A DNA stretch of 64,000 nucleotides from Candidatus Iainarchaeum sp. (lineage in GTDB: Archaea > Iainarchaeota > Iainarchaeia > Iainarchaeales > VGJJ01), in NCBI GenBank assembly GCA_016198125.1, contig JACQJG010000009.1, positions 5,104 through 69,103 of the forward strand. Reading direction: 5' to 3'. A model generated the notes under the pieces. That model made no database searches. It was not told the origin of the DNA and was given only the letters and a program-made list of their open reading frames with translations. Below, piece after piece: positions 9,467 through 18,232 of this stretch (its first letter is position 1; each line of letters opens with the position of its first letter). Both the position numbers and the translations under genes were made by a program.

Positions 9467-10182
9467 GGATTTTCCCCCCCTGGAGTTGGTTGTTGCTTGG
9501 GCGGTTCACTTGCAGGCAGCTTTTGCTTGGCTCCAATAAGAATGGGCGGGCTCATGGTCATTTTGACGTAAAGCGATTTTACATTCATTTCCTTTGCAGG
9601 CAGTGTATTAATCACGGTGTGGTAGACGCTGTGCATGTTTTCAGCGATTTCCTCGTCTGCCATGTCTTCTTTTCCCACGGACACATGTACAACGGGCATG
9701 AACTTTCCGCGCTTGTTGGATACTCTTACCACGCTCTTGATTTGCGCAATCAATTCTTCCAGTCCGGCGGTGAGTGCTGGTTCAACGGGTTTTGGCATTT
9801 TTCCTTTCGGGGCAAGCTGTTGCCCCAAGTGCTTTGCCACGGTGAGCATGACCGGGCCCTCTGCAATAAAGCCATTGTAGGTTTGCACGAGCTCGTTTAC
9901 CTCTTTTTTTGAAAGGCCTTTTATTTCGTCTTCCATGACAATGCGGTCTGCCTTGTCCTTTAACTGCGAGGCAAAGTTTTTGTCCCGCACAAACGCGAGC
10001 ACTTTTCCTGCGCCTTTCCCGATGGAATGAGGCAATCGGACTTCCACGTCCACCTGGTTTTCAGGCTTCTTGAAATCCAAGCCCTTGAAGTTAATGCTCA
10101 TGTCCAGGGTTTGCTTGAACTTGCGCGGTTTTGAGGAAGCGCGCAATGCGTGCAGGGCCTGAACCATTACACTTTTTTCCAT
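9463..10182 (-). CDS. rpl1: 50S ribosomal protein L1
   Basis: RKFKQTLDMSINFKGLDFKK, LGQQLAPKGKMPKP, SLYVKMTMSP; GGAGGT ribosome-binding site. Confidence 0.93.
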   Translation of the reverse strand: MEKSVMVQALHALRASSKPRKFKQTLDMSINFKGLDFKKPENQVDVEVRLPHSIGKGAGKVLAFVRDKNFASQLKDKADRIVMEDEIKGLSKKEVNELVQTYNGFIAEGPVMLTVAKHLGQQLAPKGKMPKPVEPALTAGLEELIAQIKSVVRVSNKRGKFMPVVHVSVGKEDMADEEIAENMHSVYHTVINTLPAKEMNVKSLYVKMTMSPPILIGAKQKLPASEPPKQQPTPGGENP

Positions 10183-10291
10183 AAACCCCATTACCTCCCG
10201 CTCCAAGGCGGTACAACCGGTTAAAAACCGTTAATTACTGGGTTATACGATTAAACCTTTGGGAAAGGCTTTTAAAAGAACCGCTTGAACG

Positions 10292-11311
10292 TTAGCCTCT
10301 TGAAGGAATCCAAAATCCTTTTTCTCGGGCCCATTCAAGGGTGTCCTTCAACGAGGCTTCGGCGTGCAAAGGCTTAAAGCGCAGTTCTCTTCGCGCCTTG
10401 GAAGTGTCATAGCATGCATACGTTCCCATGCATTCTTCTACAAGTTCTCTGGAGATGAAGGTAGAAGCGCGTGCAAGCCCGCTTAATGCGTCTGCCACTT
10501 CTCCCACTACAAGGGCCACGCGTTTGGGGGCCTCAAATGCAGGGGCCTGAATGCCTGTCAGGTTTTCAAGCATGCGCAAATACCCTTGTACGGTGGCAAA
10601 TTCTCCAGCCAACAAATAGCGTTCCAATGGTTTTCCGTTTTGCTCGCATGCCATCATGGCGCGCGCCACGTCTCTTGCATCCACTACCTGCCAGCCTCCT
10701 TCAAATGAAAGAGGCATGCGACGCTGAATAAAATCCAGGATGAATTGAATGTGTGGAGTGGAATGGTAAAAGTAAGGACCGGTTACAAAAGAGGGAAGTA
10801 CAAAGGAAACATTAAGATTGTATTTGACTGCATATGCGCGTGCATGCTGTTCTGCAAGGGTTTGGGCCCTTGCATAGGGCAACAAAGGGTGTTCATTCCA
10901 TTGCGTTTCATTCAATGGCTGGCTTGGATTGGGAGTCAAACCTGTTGCAATGGCATTGCTTGCGTATATCACCTTTTTTACTTTCTCGCGTTTGCACGCG
11001 CGCAGAATGCCTTCACTCATTTCAAGCGTGGGCTGAATGATTTCCCTTTCAGGATTCAATGCATGCCGTTTATGCACGCCCGCGCAATGGTACACGGCAT
11101 TGCACCCTTTTACTGCGGCATGGGCTTGAAAGGGCTGGGTCAAATCCCCTTGAATGACTTCGCATCCCCATGCACGCAGTCTCTGAGCGTCCTCAGCCCT
11201 GCGCACCGTGGCGCGAACACTTCTTCCTGCATGAAGCAACTGCAGCACCACGTTCGTACCCGTGTGGCCGCCAGCGCCTGTCACGAGAACAAGGTCTTTT
11301 TTGAGGGGCAT
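10292..11311 (-). CDS. NAD-dependent epimerase/dehydratase (extended SDR, dihydroflavonol reductase/HpnA-like)
   Basis: VLVTGAGGHTG Rossmann motif, VYHCAG, VVDARDVA, ERYLL; the YxxxK motif reads YARAQ. Confidence 0.8.
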   Translation of the reverse strand: MPLKKDLVLVTGAGGHTGTNVVLQLLHAGRSVRATVRRAEDAQRLRAWGCEVIQGDLTQPFQAHAAVKGCNAVYHCAGVHKRHALNPEREIIQPTLEMSEGILRACKREKVKKVIYASNAIATGLTPNPSQPLNETQWNEHPLLPYARAQTLAEQHARAYAVKYNLNVSFVLPSFVTGPYFYHSTPHIQFILDFIQRRMPLSFEGGWQVVDARDVARAMMACEQNGKPLERYLLAGEFATVQGYLRMLENLTGIQAPAFEAPKRVALVVGEVADALSGLARASTFISRELVEECMGTYACYDTSKARRELRFKPLHAEASLKDTLEWAREKGFWIPSRG

Positions 11312-11374
11312 GTGAAGTTTACGTAATCTGCCTTTAAAATGGACACCCCAAATATATAAAAAAAGAGGACAAGC

Positions 11375-11656
11375 ATGTCACGCTCAAAGTGTTCCTTAAA
11401 AAAAAGTCTTAAACTCGGAAGAGTGGCGGACAGTTATAAGAAAGGCAAGGCCTCGATTGACAAGGCGGCCAAAGTGGCTGGTTTAACTGTCAGCGAGATG
11501 ATGGAAACGGTGGCAGCCCGTGGTATGAAATCCGATGAAACCGTTGAGGATTACCGGCAAGGCGTCAGGGCCCTTCTAAAAAAATCAACTCCAAGCGCTT
11601 TTTCCCGCCGTTCTTGCAGTTTTAGGCAAAACAGATTTAAACAGGTTGACGGATGA
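11375..11656 (+). CDS. UPF0175-like small HTH protein, possibly degraded
   Basis: YKKGKASIDKAAKVAGLTVSEMME fits the UPF0175 pattern; N-terminus short and C-terminal tail atypical. Confidence 0.55.
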   Translation: MSRSKCSLKKSLKLGRVADSYKKGKASIDKAAKVAGLTVSEMMETVAARGMKSDETVEDYRQGVRALLKKSTPSAFSRRSCSFRQNRFKQVDG

Positions 11657-11663
11657 TCATATC

Positions 11664-11804
11664 ATGAAAACGGTAACGGTATCCAAACACGAGGCAATAA
11701 AGAAGGGCCTGCTCGAAAAAGACGAATTATTCATTGAATTAATGAAAGGATTGGAAGACATCCGGCTCGGTCGCGTTTCAGAATGGAAACCAAAGCCTAG
11801 ATAA
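11664..11804 (+). CDS. 46-aa putative antitoxin, copy 2 (convergent with the toxin)
   Basis: Manual translation MKTVTVSKHEAIKKGLLEKDELFIELMKGLEDIRLGRVSEWKPKPR; 22/46 identical to copy 1; TTTAAA at 11636-11641. Not in the ORF track. Confidence 0.75.
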   Translation: MKTVTVSKHEAIKKGLLEKDELFIELMKGLEDIRLGRVSEWKPKPR

Positions 11805-12129
11805 GGTTCAATTTTTTTAGAATGCTTTGCATAAAGTCCTTGTAATGTCCCAGTTTCATTCTTATCTCTTGAATCGTGGAAGCCTGTTCTTTTTTATTGC
11901 TGATATTAATTATCATCACAGATTTCCATTCCTCATAAACCAAATAATACACCCGCTTGCCATTGAATTTTTTCTCGCGAAAAAAATGAACCCCCAAAGG
12001 CTTTCCAACCATGCCAGGCTTTTCAGTTAGTTGATTCAAAAACCGTTCAACCCGCGCTTTTTCAAAAACGGTTAACCTGACAAACTTTTCATCAAATTGA
12101 ACATTCTTGAAAACCCGGTAGGCATTCAT
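11797..12129 (-). CDS. RelE/ParE-like toxin, copy 2
   Basis: 110 aa; GMVGKPL, REKKFNG, RVYYLVY; aligns without gaps to 5301..5633. Confidence 0.7.
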   Translation of the reverse strand: MNAYRVFKNVQFDEKFVRLTVFEKARVERFLNQLTEKPGMVGKPLGVHFFREKKFNGKRVYYLVYEEWKSVMIINISNKKEQASTIQEIRMKLGHYKDFMQSILKKLNLI

Positions 12130-12148
12130 TAACCAGTGCTATGACAGG

Positions 12149-12167
12149 GAATTAAAATCGTTTTCGC
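12149..12167 (-). promoter_or_regulatory. BRE/TATA-like promoter element of RelE-like gene 2
   Basis: Reverse complement reads GCGAAAACGATTTTAATTC, identical to 5261-5279; 19 nt before ATG 12129. Confidence 0.7.
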
Positions 12168-12283
12168 TGAACGCATTTAAACACTCGGGCGTTTTTTGTG
12201 CCGCGGTTGTAATGCGCGCATTGTTTTTAAGTTCAAAAGGCCCTTGGATTTTTAGCCTTTGTTCATAGAATTCATGGACTTGT

Positions 12284-12754
12284 TCAAGCAAACGCCGAGT
12301 CGTATTTTCCTTGGTCGAATTCTTTTTGCACTTCCTTGGCGTGTTTTCCTTCAATTGTAATGCCCATGGAATTGCACGTGCCGATGATTTCTCGTACAGC
12401 GCTGCGCAGGGTGTAGGAATTCAAATACTGCATTTTCATTTCCGCGATTTTTTTCACCTGGTCCATGGAAAGGTTTCCCTTGACCTCGGTTTTTGGATTG
12501 GCCGCGCCCTTTTCGCCTTTGGCTTCCTGGAGGATGAGCGCGCTCGTGGGAGGGCTTCCCACTGAGATTGTGTAATTCTTTTTTGCGTCCACTTCAATTT
12601 TAATGGGTACTTTGATGCCGGAAAATTGCCTGGTTTTCTCGTTGATGTCTGCAATGATTTTGCCCACATTCAGGCCCAGGGGCGCGAGCGCTGGTCCCAG
12701 GGGGGGCGCCGGAGTGGCTTTTCCGCCTTCCACCAATGCCTTGATTTCTGTCAT
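12284..12754 (-). CDS. rpl11: 50S ribosomal protein L11
   Basis: LVEGGKATPAPPLGPAL, GTCNSMGITIEG. Confidence 0.95.
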   Translation of the reverse strand: MTEIKALVEGGKATPAPPLGPALAPLGLNVGKIIADINEKTRQFSGIKVPIKIEVDAKKNYTISVGSPPTSALILQEAKGEKGAANPKTEVKGNLSMDQVKKIAEMKMQYLNSYTLRSAVREIIGTCNSMGITIEGKHAKEVQKEFDQGKYDSAFA

Positions 12755-12775
12755 AAATGTTCCCCCTCCATTGTT

Positions 12776-13216
12776 TCATTCTTTGATGATGCGAATGTGT
12801 TCTGCGCTAATGGTAACAGGGATTTTTACTGCGGCTTCCAGTAATTCAACCGTGACTTCTTCTTTGGTGTCGTTCACCCGGACAACGCGTGCCTTTTCTC
12901 CCTTGAACGGGCCTGCAATCAACTCTACTTTTTGGTCGGGTTTGATGGCCTGCATTAAGGGCTTGGATTCAATGATGCTGGAAAGCTCTTCGATTTTAAC
13001 CTCGCCTCCCACTACTCCCCGGCCCTTGATGTGGGGCACGTTTAACACGCCCCGGGTGACAGTCATTTGATTGTCTGCTTCAATAAGAACGTATCCTTTA
13101 AGGTTGGGCATGACTGAAACCGAGTACACGTTCAGGCTTTCCTTGCGGACCTTGTTGACAAGAATGTCTACCACCAGGGCTTCCTGGCCCACGGTAGTGC
13201 GTACAGTAAAAATCAT
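12776..13216 (-). CDS. spt5: Transcription elongation factor Spt5/NusG
   Basis: VRTTVGQE NGN domain, LKGYVLIEA, KOW motif VELIAGPFKGEKARV. Confidence 0.95.
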   Translation of the reverse strand: MIFTVRTTVGQEALVVDILVNKVRKESLNVYSVSVMPNLKGYVLIEADNQMTVTRGVLNVPHIKGRGVVGGEVKIEELSSIIESKPLMQAIKPDQKVELIAGPFKGEKARVVRVNDTKEEVTVELLEAAVKIPVTISAEHIRIIKE

Positions 13217-13344
13217 GGGTTTCTCCTTTTATCCTTTAACCGGGCATATTCCCCTTTAAGCGCGCAAAAACACTGCCTTAAAAGAGGAATAATTATAGTG
13301 TTTGACCACCGATTCCTTTTTAAATCAAGCCTCGAGTGCCGGGG

Positions 13345-13719
13345 TTATAATCCGAGGAAGGCGAATATAAAGTGGATGATGAAACCGATGATGCCAATGA
13401 GCACAATGCCCAGCGCCGTGATTTTGAGCATGCCTGTGAATTCTTTTCTGTCGGGTTTTCTGCTCACGTGAAAGATGCGTTTGGCGTCTGCAATGAAATG
13501 CTGAATGCGCGCTCCAATCCCCGGGCCTTTGAACCCGGTGCTTTGCTGTCCAAATACAGGTTTTTTTTCGTCTTTGGACCGCCCATCCAGCGGCTTTTCC
13601 TGAGAAGGGTGCTCGGCTTCTTCGGCCATTTGTTCTTCCGTGCCGTCCAAGGCTTCGCCTTCGGCTTGTGAAGATGCAGTTTCATCTTTTGTTTCTCTTT
13701 TCATTTCTTCTTCAGGCAT
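13345..13719 (-). CDS. secE: Protein translocase SecE/Sec61-gamma with acidic N-terminal extension
   Basis: RIFHVSRKPDRKEF...ITALGIVLIGIIGFII; conserved ftsZ-secE-spt5 order. Confidence 0.88.
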   Translation of the reverse strand: MPEEEMKRETKDETASSQAEGEALDGTEEQMAEEAEHPSQEKPLDGRSKDEKKPVFGQQSTGFKGPGIGARIQHFIADAKRIFHVSRKPDRKEFTGMLKITALGIVLIGIIGFIIHFIFAFLGL

Positions 13720-13759
13720 GAATTATTCCTTTAGGGTTTTCATTTTTTGCGCGTATTTT

Positions 13760-14884
13760 TTATCCGGTGAATTCAATGTCCAAGTCCAATGGTTTTCCGC
13801 GTTCAAAGGATCCTGCTTCCAGGTAAGGAAATTGGCCGCCTGCAATGACTACCATGGCTTGAATGTGGTTGCGCTGCATTTCCTCATCAATCATGGCCCC
13901 CCAAATAATGTGCGCGTCCCCGCTGATTTTCGAGGAAACCGCTTCCACAATCATTTCAGCTTCCCGCAGAGTCATGTCCGCGCCTCCCACTACGTTAACC
14001 AGGGCGCGTGTGGCTCCTGTAATGTCCACGTCCAATAATGGAGAGGTAAGCGCGTTTTCCACTGCTTCAAGCGCGCGCGCTTCCGAGGCTTTTTCCGAAT
14101 GGCTTTCTCCCAAGCCTATCATGGCTGCCCCTCCACGTGTGAGAATGGTTCTAAGGTCTGCAAAGTCCAGGTTAATGAGCCCTGGTTTGGTGACCATTTC
14201 AGTGATGCCTTTGACTGCATTTGTAAGCACTTCGTCTGCGACTTTAAACGCGGCATTCACCGGCAGGTCTGGTGCAATTTCAAGTATTTTATCGTTGGGT
14301 ATGATGATCAGCGTGTCCACTTCTTTTTTCATGCGGTCCAATCCTTCCAGTGCGTTTTCAATCCTGCGCTTGCCTTCCACGCTGAATGGCAATGTTACAA
14401 CCCCAATGGTGAGCGCGCGCACTTCCTTTGCAACCTTGGCCACTACCGGGGCTGCTCCAGTCCCAGTGCCACCGCCCAATCCGCATGTAATAAACACCAA
14501 GTCCGTGCCTTTCAACAGGTCGCGCAAATCGCTTTCATTTTCTTTGGCAGCGGCCTCTCCCACGCTTGGATCTGAGCCTGCGCCCAAGCCCTTGGTGAGC
14601 TGTCTTCCGATCAGCACTTTTCTGTCTGCATCTACATGCAACAATGCCTGCGCGTCTGTGTTCACTGCGTACGTTTCGGCGCCCAGTATGCCGATTTCAT
14701 TCATGCGTTGAATGGTGTTGCACCCTCCGCCTCCGCATCCAATGACCCGGATGCGCGCCTGGCTTGTTTCCAGTAATTTGGCCAGTTCATCGTCTTCCTG
14801 CTGGGAAGACTTTTTCTTGGCGGGCTTTCCTTCATACGTCCTGGACAACGCGCTTTTAATGCTCCGTTCCACAATGTTTTTCAC
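13760..14884 (-). CDS. ftsZ: Cell division protein FtsZ (FtsZ1 context)
   Basis: GCGGGGCN, NTDAQ, GLGGGTGTG tubulin signature, INLDFAD; probable GTG start at 14884 after GGGGTG. Confidence 0.95.
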   Translation of the reverse strand: MKNIVERSIKSALSRTYEGKPAKKKSSQQEDDELAKLLETSQARIRVIGCGGGGCNTIQRMNEIGILGAETYAVNTDAQALLHVDADRKVLIGRQLTKGLGAGSDPSVGEAAAKENESDLRDLLKGTDLVFITCGLGGGTGTGAAPVVAKVAKEVRALTIGVVTLPFSVEGKRRIENALEGLDRMKKEVDTLIIIPNDKILEIAPDLPVNAAFKVADEVLTNAVKGITEMVTKPGLINLDFADLRTILTRGGAAMIGLGESHSEKASEARALEAVENALTSPLLDVDITGATRALVNVVGGADMTLREAEMIVEAVSSKISGDAHIIWGAMIDEEMQRNHIQAMVVIAGGQFPYLEAGSFERGKPLDLDIEFTG

Positions 14885-15007
14885 GCTGATGCACCCCTTT
14901 CCCTGCAAATCATAGCAAGCAAAAACTTTGTATGCGTGTATGCTTTTTCTTCCCAAGAGTTTAAAAAGACTTGGCGATGCCTCGGCCAACAGCGTACATA
15001 AACGGGT

Positions 15008-15844
15008 TCAGGGGTTCTTTATCTCTGTAAATGCGCGCGCGATTTGGCTTGCGGGCAGGGCAAATACTTTTTCCCTGGCTCCAGGCACGCGTTTTGCCTT
15101 TTCATCAAAATCCTTCAGGGAAGCCCATGCAAAACCCTGCCTGGACAGAAAGGATTTGGATTGGAGGAGCGCGTTTTGAAGGGTCTTGTTTTTGTACCGG
15201 AAAATGGTTTTCAAAAACGGAATGAATTCTTTTGGAGGCAGAAGCTTTTCGCGCTTGCGGTCCAACCGTATTAACTGGGATTCCATGGGCGGCCGGGGAA
15301 AGAATGCGGTTGGTTTCACGCGTGAAATTTCCATTCCATTGCAATAGTATTGAGTTGATGCGCTCAGTGCATTGTAGTCCTTAAGGCCCTCGAATGCAAG
15401 CACGCGGTCTGCAAACTCTTTTTGCATTAAGAGCACAGCACACTTGAATTCGCGTTCAAGCAATTTGAATACGAGTTCCGTGGAAATACTGTAGGGGGGC
15501 GCGCCCACGAGTTTTGTGAACGAAGGCCATTCCACTTCAAGCGCGTTTCCGCGCAGCAATGTAAACTGGTTGCGTGCAATTTCCGGGGAAAACTTTTCAT
15601 TTAAAACGTTGCAAAGGGCATTGTCCAATTCAATGCCAATGACCTTGCAGTGATTCAGGAGAGCGGCAGTTAGAAACCCTGTTCCACTGCCCACTTCAAG
15701 TACGATATCCTGCGCATTCAAATCGGCTGTGCGCACTATTTCTTGTATTACTTTTTCTTCAATTAAGAAGTGCTGGCCGAATTTTTTGACTGGTTTGAAC
15801 GCGTGCTGTGCCATGAGGGCGTTGAGTTCAACGAGTAATGTCAT
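15008..15844 (-). CDS. rsmA: 16S rRNA adenine dimethyltransferase KsgA/Dim1
   Basis: KKFGQHFL, VLEVGSGTG, PPYSIS, MQKEFA, AFFPRP. Confidence 0.92.
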   Translation of the reverse strand: MTLLVELNALMAQHAFKPVKKFGQHFLIEEKVIQEIVRTADLNAQDIVLEVGSGTGFLTAALLNHCKVIGIELDNALCNVLNEKFSPEIARNQFTLLRGNALEVEWPSFTKLVGAPPYSISTELVFKLLEREFKCAVLLMQKEFADRVLAFEGLKDYNALSASTQYYCNGMEISRVKPTAFFPRPPMESQLIRLDRKREKLLPPKEFIPFLKTIFRYKNKTLQNALLQSKSFLSRQGFAWASLKDFDEKAKRVPGAREKVFALPASQIARAFTEIKNP

Positions 15845-16617
15845 GGGCTTCCCGTTTGCGTTTCCGAGGAATCACTGGTTGGACTGGATTCTTTGGAGGG
15901 ATTTGAAGGGGATTCTTCCACGGGCGCGGTTTTTTGTTCGGGCTTGGAAGCGTATTGTGTACGTCCCTGGAATCGTTGGGAATGCTCTCTGGTATTGTCA
16001 CGGTCGCGTTCCCTTCTAAACCCGCGTTCCCTTCTGAACTCGTTTTTTCGCAGTTCTTCCCGTTCCTGCATGGAAGGAGGCGGGCGTGCAAACAAGTGGT
16101 ATTTTTCACTGCCCTCCATTTCCTGTACAATGCGTCTTTTGAGAATGGAAATCGGGTTGGGCATCAGGTGCACGCGGGCTTCCATGTCTTCGTAGGAGTC
16201 AAAAACCTTTTCCGTGCGGCGTGCAAGGATTTCCTGCATGTGCTTTTTTCCAAGCCCTGGGATGAGTTCCAGTTGGTGCAAGCGCAATGTGAGAGGCCCG
16301 CACGTGTTGAAGAACTTGATGAACCTGTATTCCTGGGTTTTGAGCACGCGTTCAATGGCCTTGTCCAGCTCGGATTTGGCGTTGTTGGTCAGTTCATCAA
16401 AACCGATGCGGCGCCGGATGAATTGGACTTGGGGCCTTTCTTCCCGGCCAATGTACGCCTCTTCCAATGGTTTGAGTTCGATGCCTGGCTTGGGAATGAT
16501 TTCAAGCAGGGAAAAGTATTGTTCGCCCATGACCTGGGCAATGGGTTCTGAGGTGTGGCTGACGCTCCTGCCTTTTGGGAGAAAATCCAACACCAGTGCC
16601 TTTTCTTCGCTTATCAT
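15841..16617 (-). CDS. DUF655 nucleic-acid-binding protein
   Basis: EE.ALVLDFLP, F.LLE, FFN..GPLTLRLHQLELIPGLGKK; conserved position between rpoF and rsmA; disordered C-terminal tail. Confidence 0.85.
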   Translation of the reverse strand: MISEEKALVLDFLPKGRSVSHTSEPIAQVMGEQYFSLLEIIPKPGIELKPLEEAYIGREERPQVQFIRRRIGFDELTNNAKSELDKAIERVLKTQEYRFIKFFNTCGPLTLRLHQLELIPGLGKKHMQEILARRTEKVFDSYEDMEARVHLMPNPISILKRRIVQEMEGSEKYHLFARPPPSMQEREELRKNEFRRERGFRRERDRDNTREHSQRFQGRTQYASKPEQKTAPVEESPSNPSKESSPTSDSSETQTGSP

Positions 16618-16687
16618 AATTCATCAAATCCCCTTTTCATTTGCAGCGCTTTTTTTCCACCCCAAAAAAAAAGGTTGAATGCACTTT

Positions 16688-17035
16688 TCAAGTGGAAGCG
16701 TGTTTTTTCACGTGCCTGAGAATGCCATTCAGGTCCTCTTCAGAGGCCTTGGCATTCTTTGGCACCAATAATTTAAGGGTTTCCAGGTCGTCCGGGAGAA
16801 TGTCCACTATCTTTACCCGTGTTTCCGCGTCCAAGACCTCAACCTTTTGAAGTTCTTCCATCAACTCTTTGGCCTGGGCTTTGGAGAGCTTGGCAAATTT
16901 TTTAACGTAATCATCGCTCTGGTTTTGTTCATAGGTTAACACTGCATTTTCCATGCTTTCCGCCCTCGCTTTGATGAGTTCACGCACGTCTACAAGCGGG
17001 ATGGGCTTTTTTTCAATCAATTGTTTTCCAATCAT
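16688..17035 (-). CDS. rpoF: RNA polymerase subunit F (Rpo4)
   Basis: MIGKQLIEKKPI, LTYEQ, KIVDILP; follows rpl21e. Confidence 0.88.
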   Translation of the reverse strand: MIGKQLIEKKPIPLVDVRELIKARAESMENAVLTYEQNQSDDYVKKFAKLSKAQAKELMEELQKVEVLDAETRVKIVDILPDDLETLKLLVPKNAKASEEDLNGILRHVKKHAST

Positions 17036-17073
17036 ATATGGGCACGCACCTTTTTTATTTTTTAATTTTCTTT

Positions 17074-17409
17074 TCAAGCGGCAAGCGGGGCCGGGTGGCT
17101 TTCCGGGGATTGTTCCTGGATGCGCGTTAAATGCGCGGCTGTTACTACAAGTTGCATGGGTTTGTTTCCTTTATTGATGCGCACCTTGAACGCGCGGCCC
17201 TGCTTTCCTATGACCTGGCCGGTGAGGCCCTGGTACCTGGAAAAGGGCATGTTGCGGTTGAATGAAGGATCCACATTCACTTGCACGCGTGCTCCTATGG
17301 GAAACTCGCGCAAGAGTCTTGCCACCGTATTCTTTCCCCGGCGGGAGCGAAACTTGCTGAACTTGGCGCGCGTCCTGTGATGCTTTCCCCGTGCTTTTTT
17401 TCCCGGCAT
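17074..17409 (-). CDS. rpl21e: 50S ribosomal protein L21e
   Basis: G...RTR, VDPS....MP..RYQGLTG.V.GKQG, AAHL. Confidence 0.9.
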   Translation of the reverse strand: MPGKKARGKHHRTRAKFSKFRSRRGKNTVARLLREFPIGARVQVNVDPSFNRNMPFSRYQGLTGQVIGKQGRAFKVRINKGNKPMQLVVTAAHLTRIQEQSPESHPAPLAA

Positions 17410-17593
17410 ACTTTCATACAACCCCGAACGGCTTTTAAAGGGGTTTTAACCCCCCTCATTTGGCTTTAAAACACTGTTTCCTGGGTTAATAAACCCTTAT
17501 TTAAATACATTTTTAAGCGTTTGCCACCCACTTTAAATAATCCTTTTTAAACCCCCTTTTGGGTTTAAGGGGAGTGAGGGGAGCGGGAGAAAA

Positions 17594-18187
17594 ATGGACT
17601 ATACGATCGTCAACCTGGTGGCCAGCGCAAACCTGAATGCCACGCTGGATTTGTATAACTTGGCCATGAGCATTCCAAACATTGAATATGAACCTGAACA
17701 GTTTCCAGGCGCGATTTTAAAGTTAAAAGAACCCAAAGTAAGCATGCTGTTGTTCAAGAATGGGAAAGTCATTTGCTCGGGGGCAAGCAAGGAAGAGGAA
17801 ATTTCTTTGGGCATTCGAAAAGCCAGCAAGCTCATTCACGAGGTTCAACCCAAAGTAAAAGTTGTAGAACACGTGGAATACGAGGTCGTAAACCTTGTGG
17901 CCACTGCAAACTTAAACCAGTCCTTGGACTTGTTCAACACGGCCATGCAATTGGATAATGTGGAGTACGAACCTGAACAGTTTCCCGGCGCAATACTGCG
18001 CATCCACGAACCCAAACTCACATTGCTGTTATTCAAAAACGGAAAAGTCATTTGCGCGGGTGCAAAGCGTGAAAGCGATTTGCAGGCAGGCCTGCAGAAA
18101 GCCGCAGACCTGATCAATGGCATGGCAAAAAAAGAAAAGGAAGCCAAGGCCAGCGCCAAGGTTGAAAAAACAGGCAAGCGGAGATAA
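17594..18187 (+). CDS. tbp: TATA-box binding protein
   Basis: Two direct repeats of VNLVA...EYEPEQFPGAI....PK...LLFKNGKVIC.GA. Confidence 0.97.
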   Translation: MDYTIVNLVASANLNATLDLYNLAMSIPNIEYEPEQFPGAILKLKEPKVSMLLFKNGKVICSGASKEEEISLGIRKASKLIHEVQPKVKVVEHVEYEVVNLVATANLNQSLDLFNTAMQLDNVEYEPEQFPGAILRIHEPKLTLLLFKNGKVICAGAKRESDLQAGLQKAADLINGMAKKEKEAKASAKVEKTGKRR

Positions 18188-18232
18188 TAAAAAAAAAAAA
18201 ATGAAGGGCCGGTTTTCTTTCCCGCCCTTGCC

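Noticed and set aside
5261..12167. The 19-bp inverted repeat pair read as terminal inverted repeats of a transposon or invertible segment
   Set aside because: The enclosed DNA holds essential ribosomal genes in their normal orientation relative to rpl11; there is no transposase or recombinase; each copy sits at promoter distance from a paralogous gene.
12139..12354. 71-aa ORF upstream of toxin 2 as a canonical upstream antitoxin
   Set aside because: It overlaps the rpl11 3' end and the toxin promoter and has no counterpart at copy 1; the convergent 46-aa ORF is the conserved partner.
13530..13719. Acidic N-terminal extension of SecE as a separate domain
   Set aside because: Low-complexity and probably disordered; similar tails occur on several core proteins here and no motif supports a function.
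13863..14711. Long antisense ORFs (opposite ftsZ, smc, radical SAM genes and others)
   Set aside because: Shadow frames of well-supported genes with no motifs of their own.
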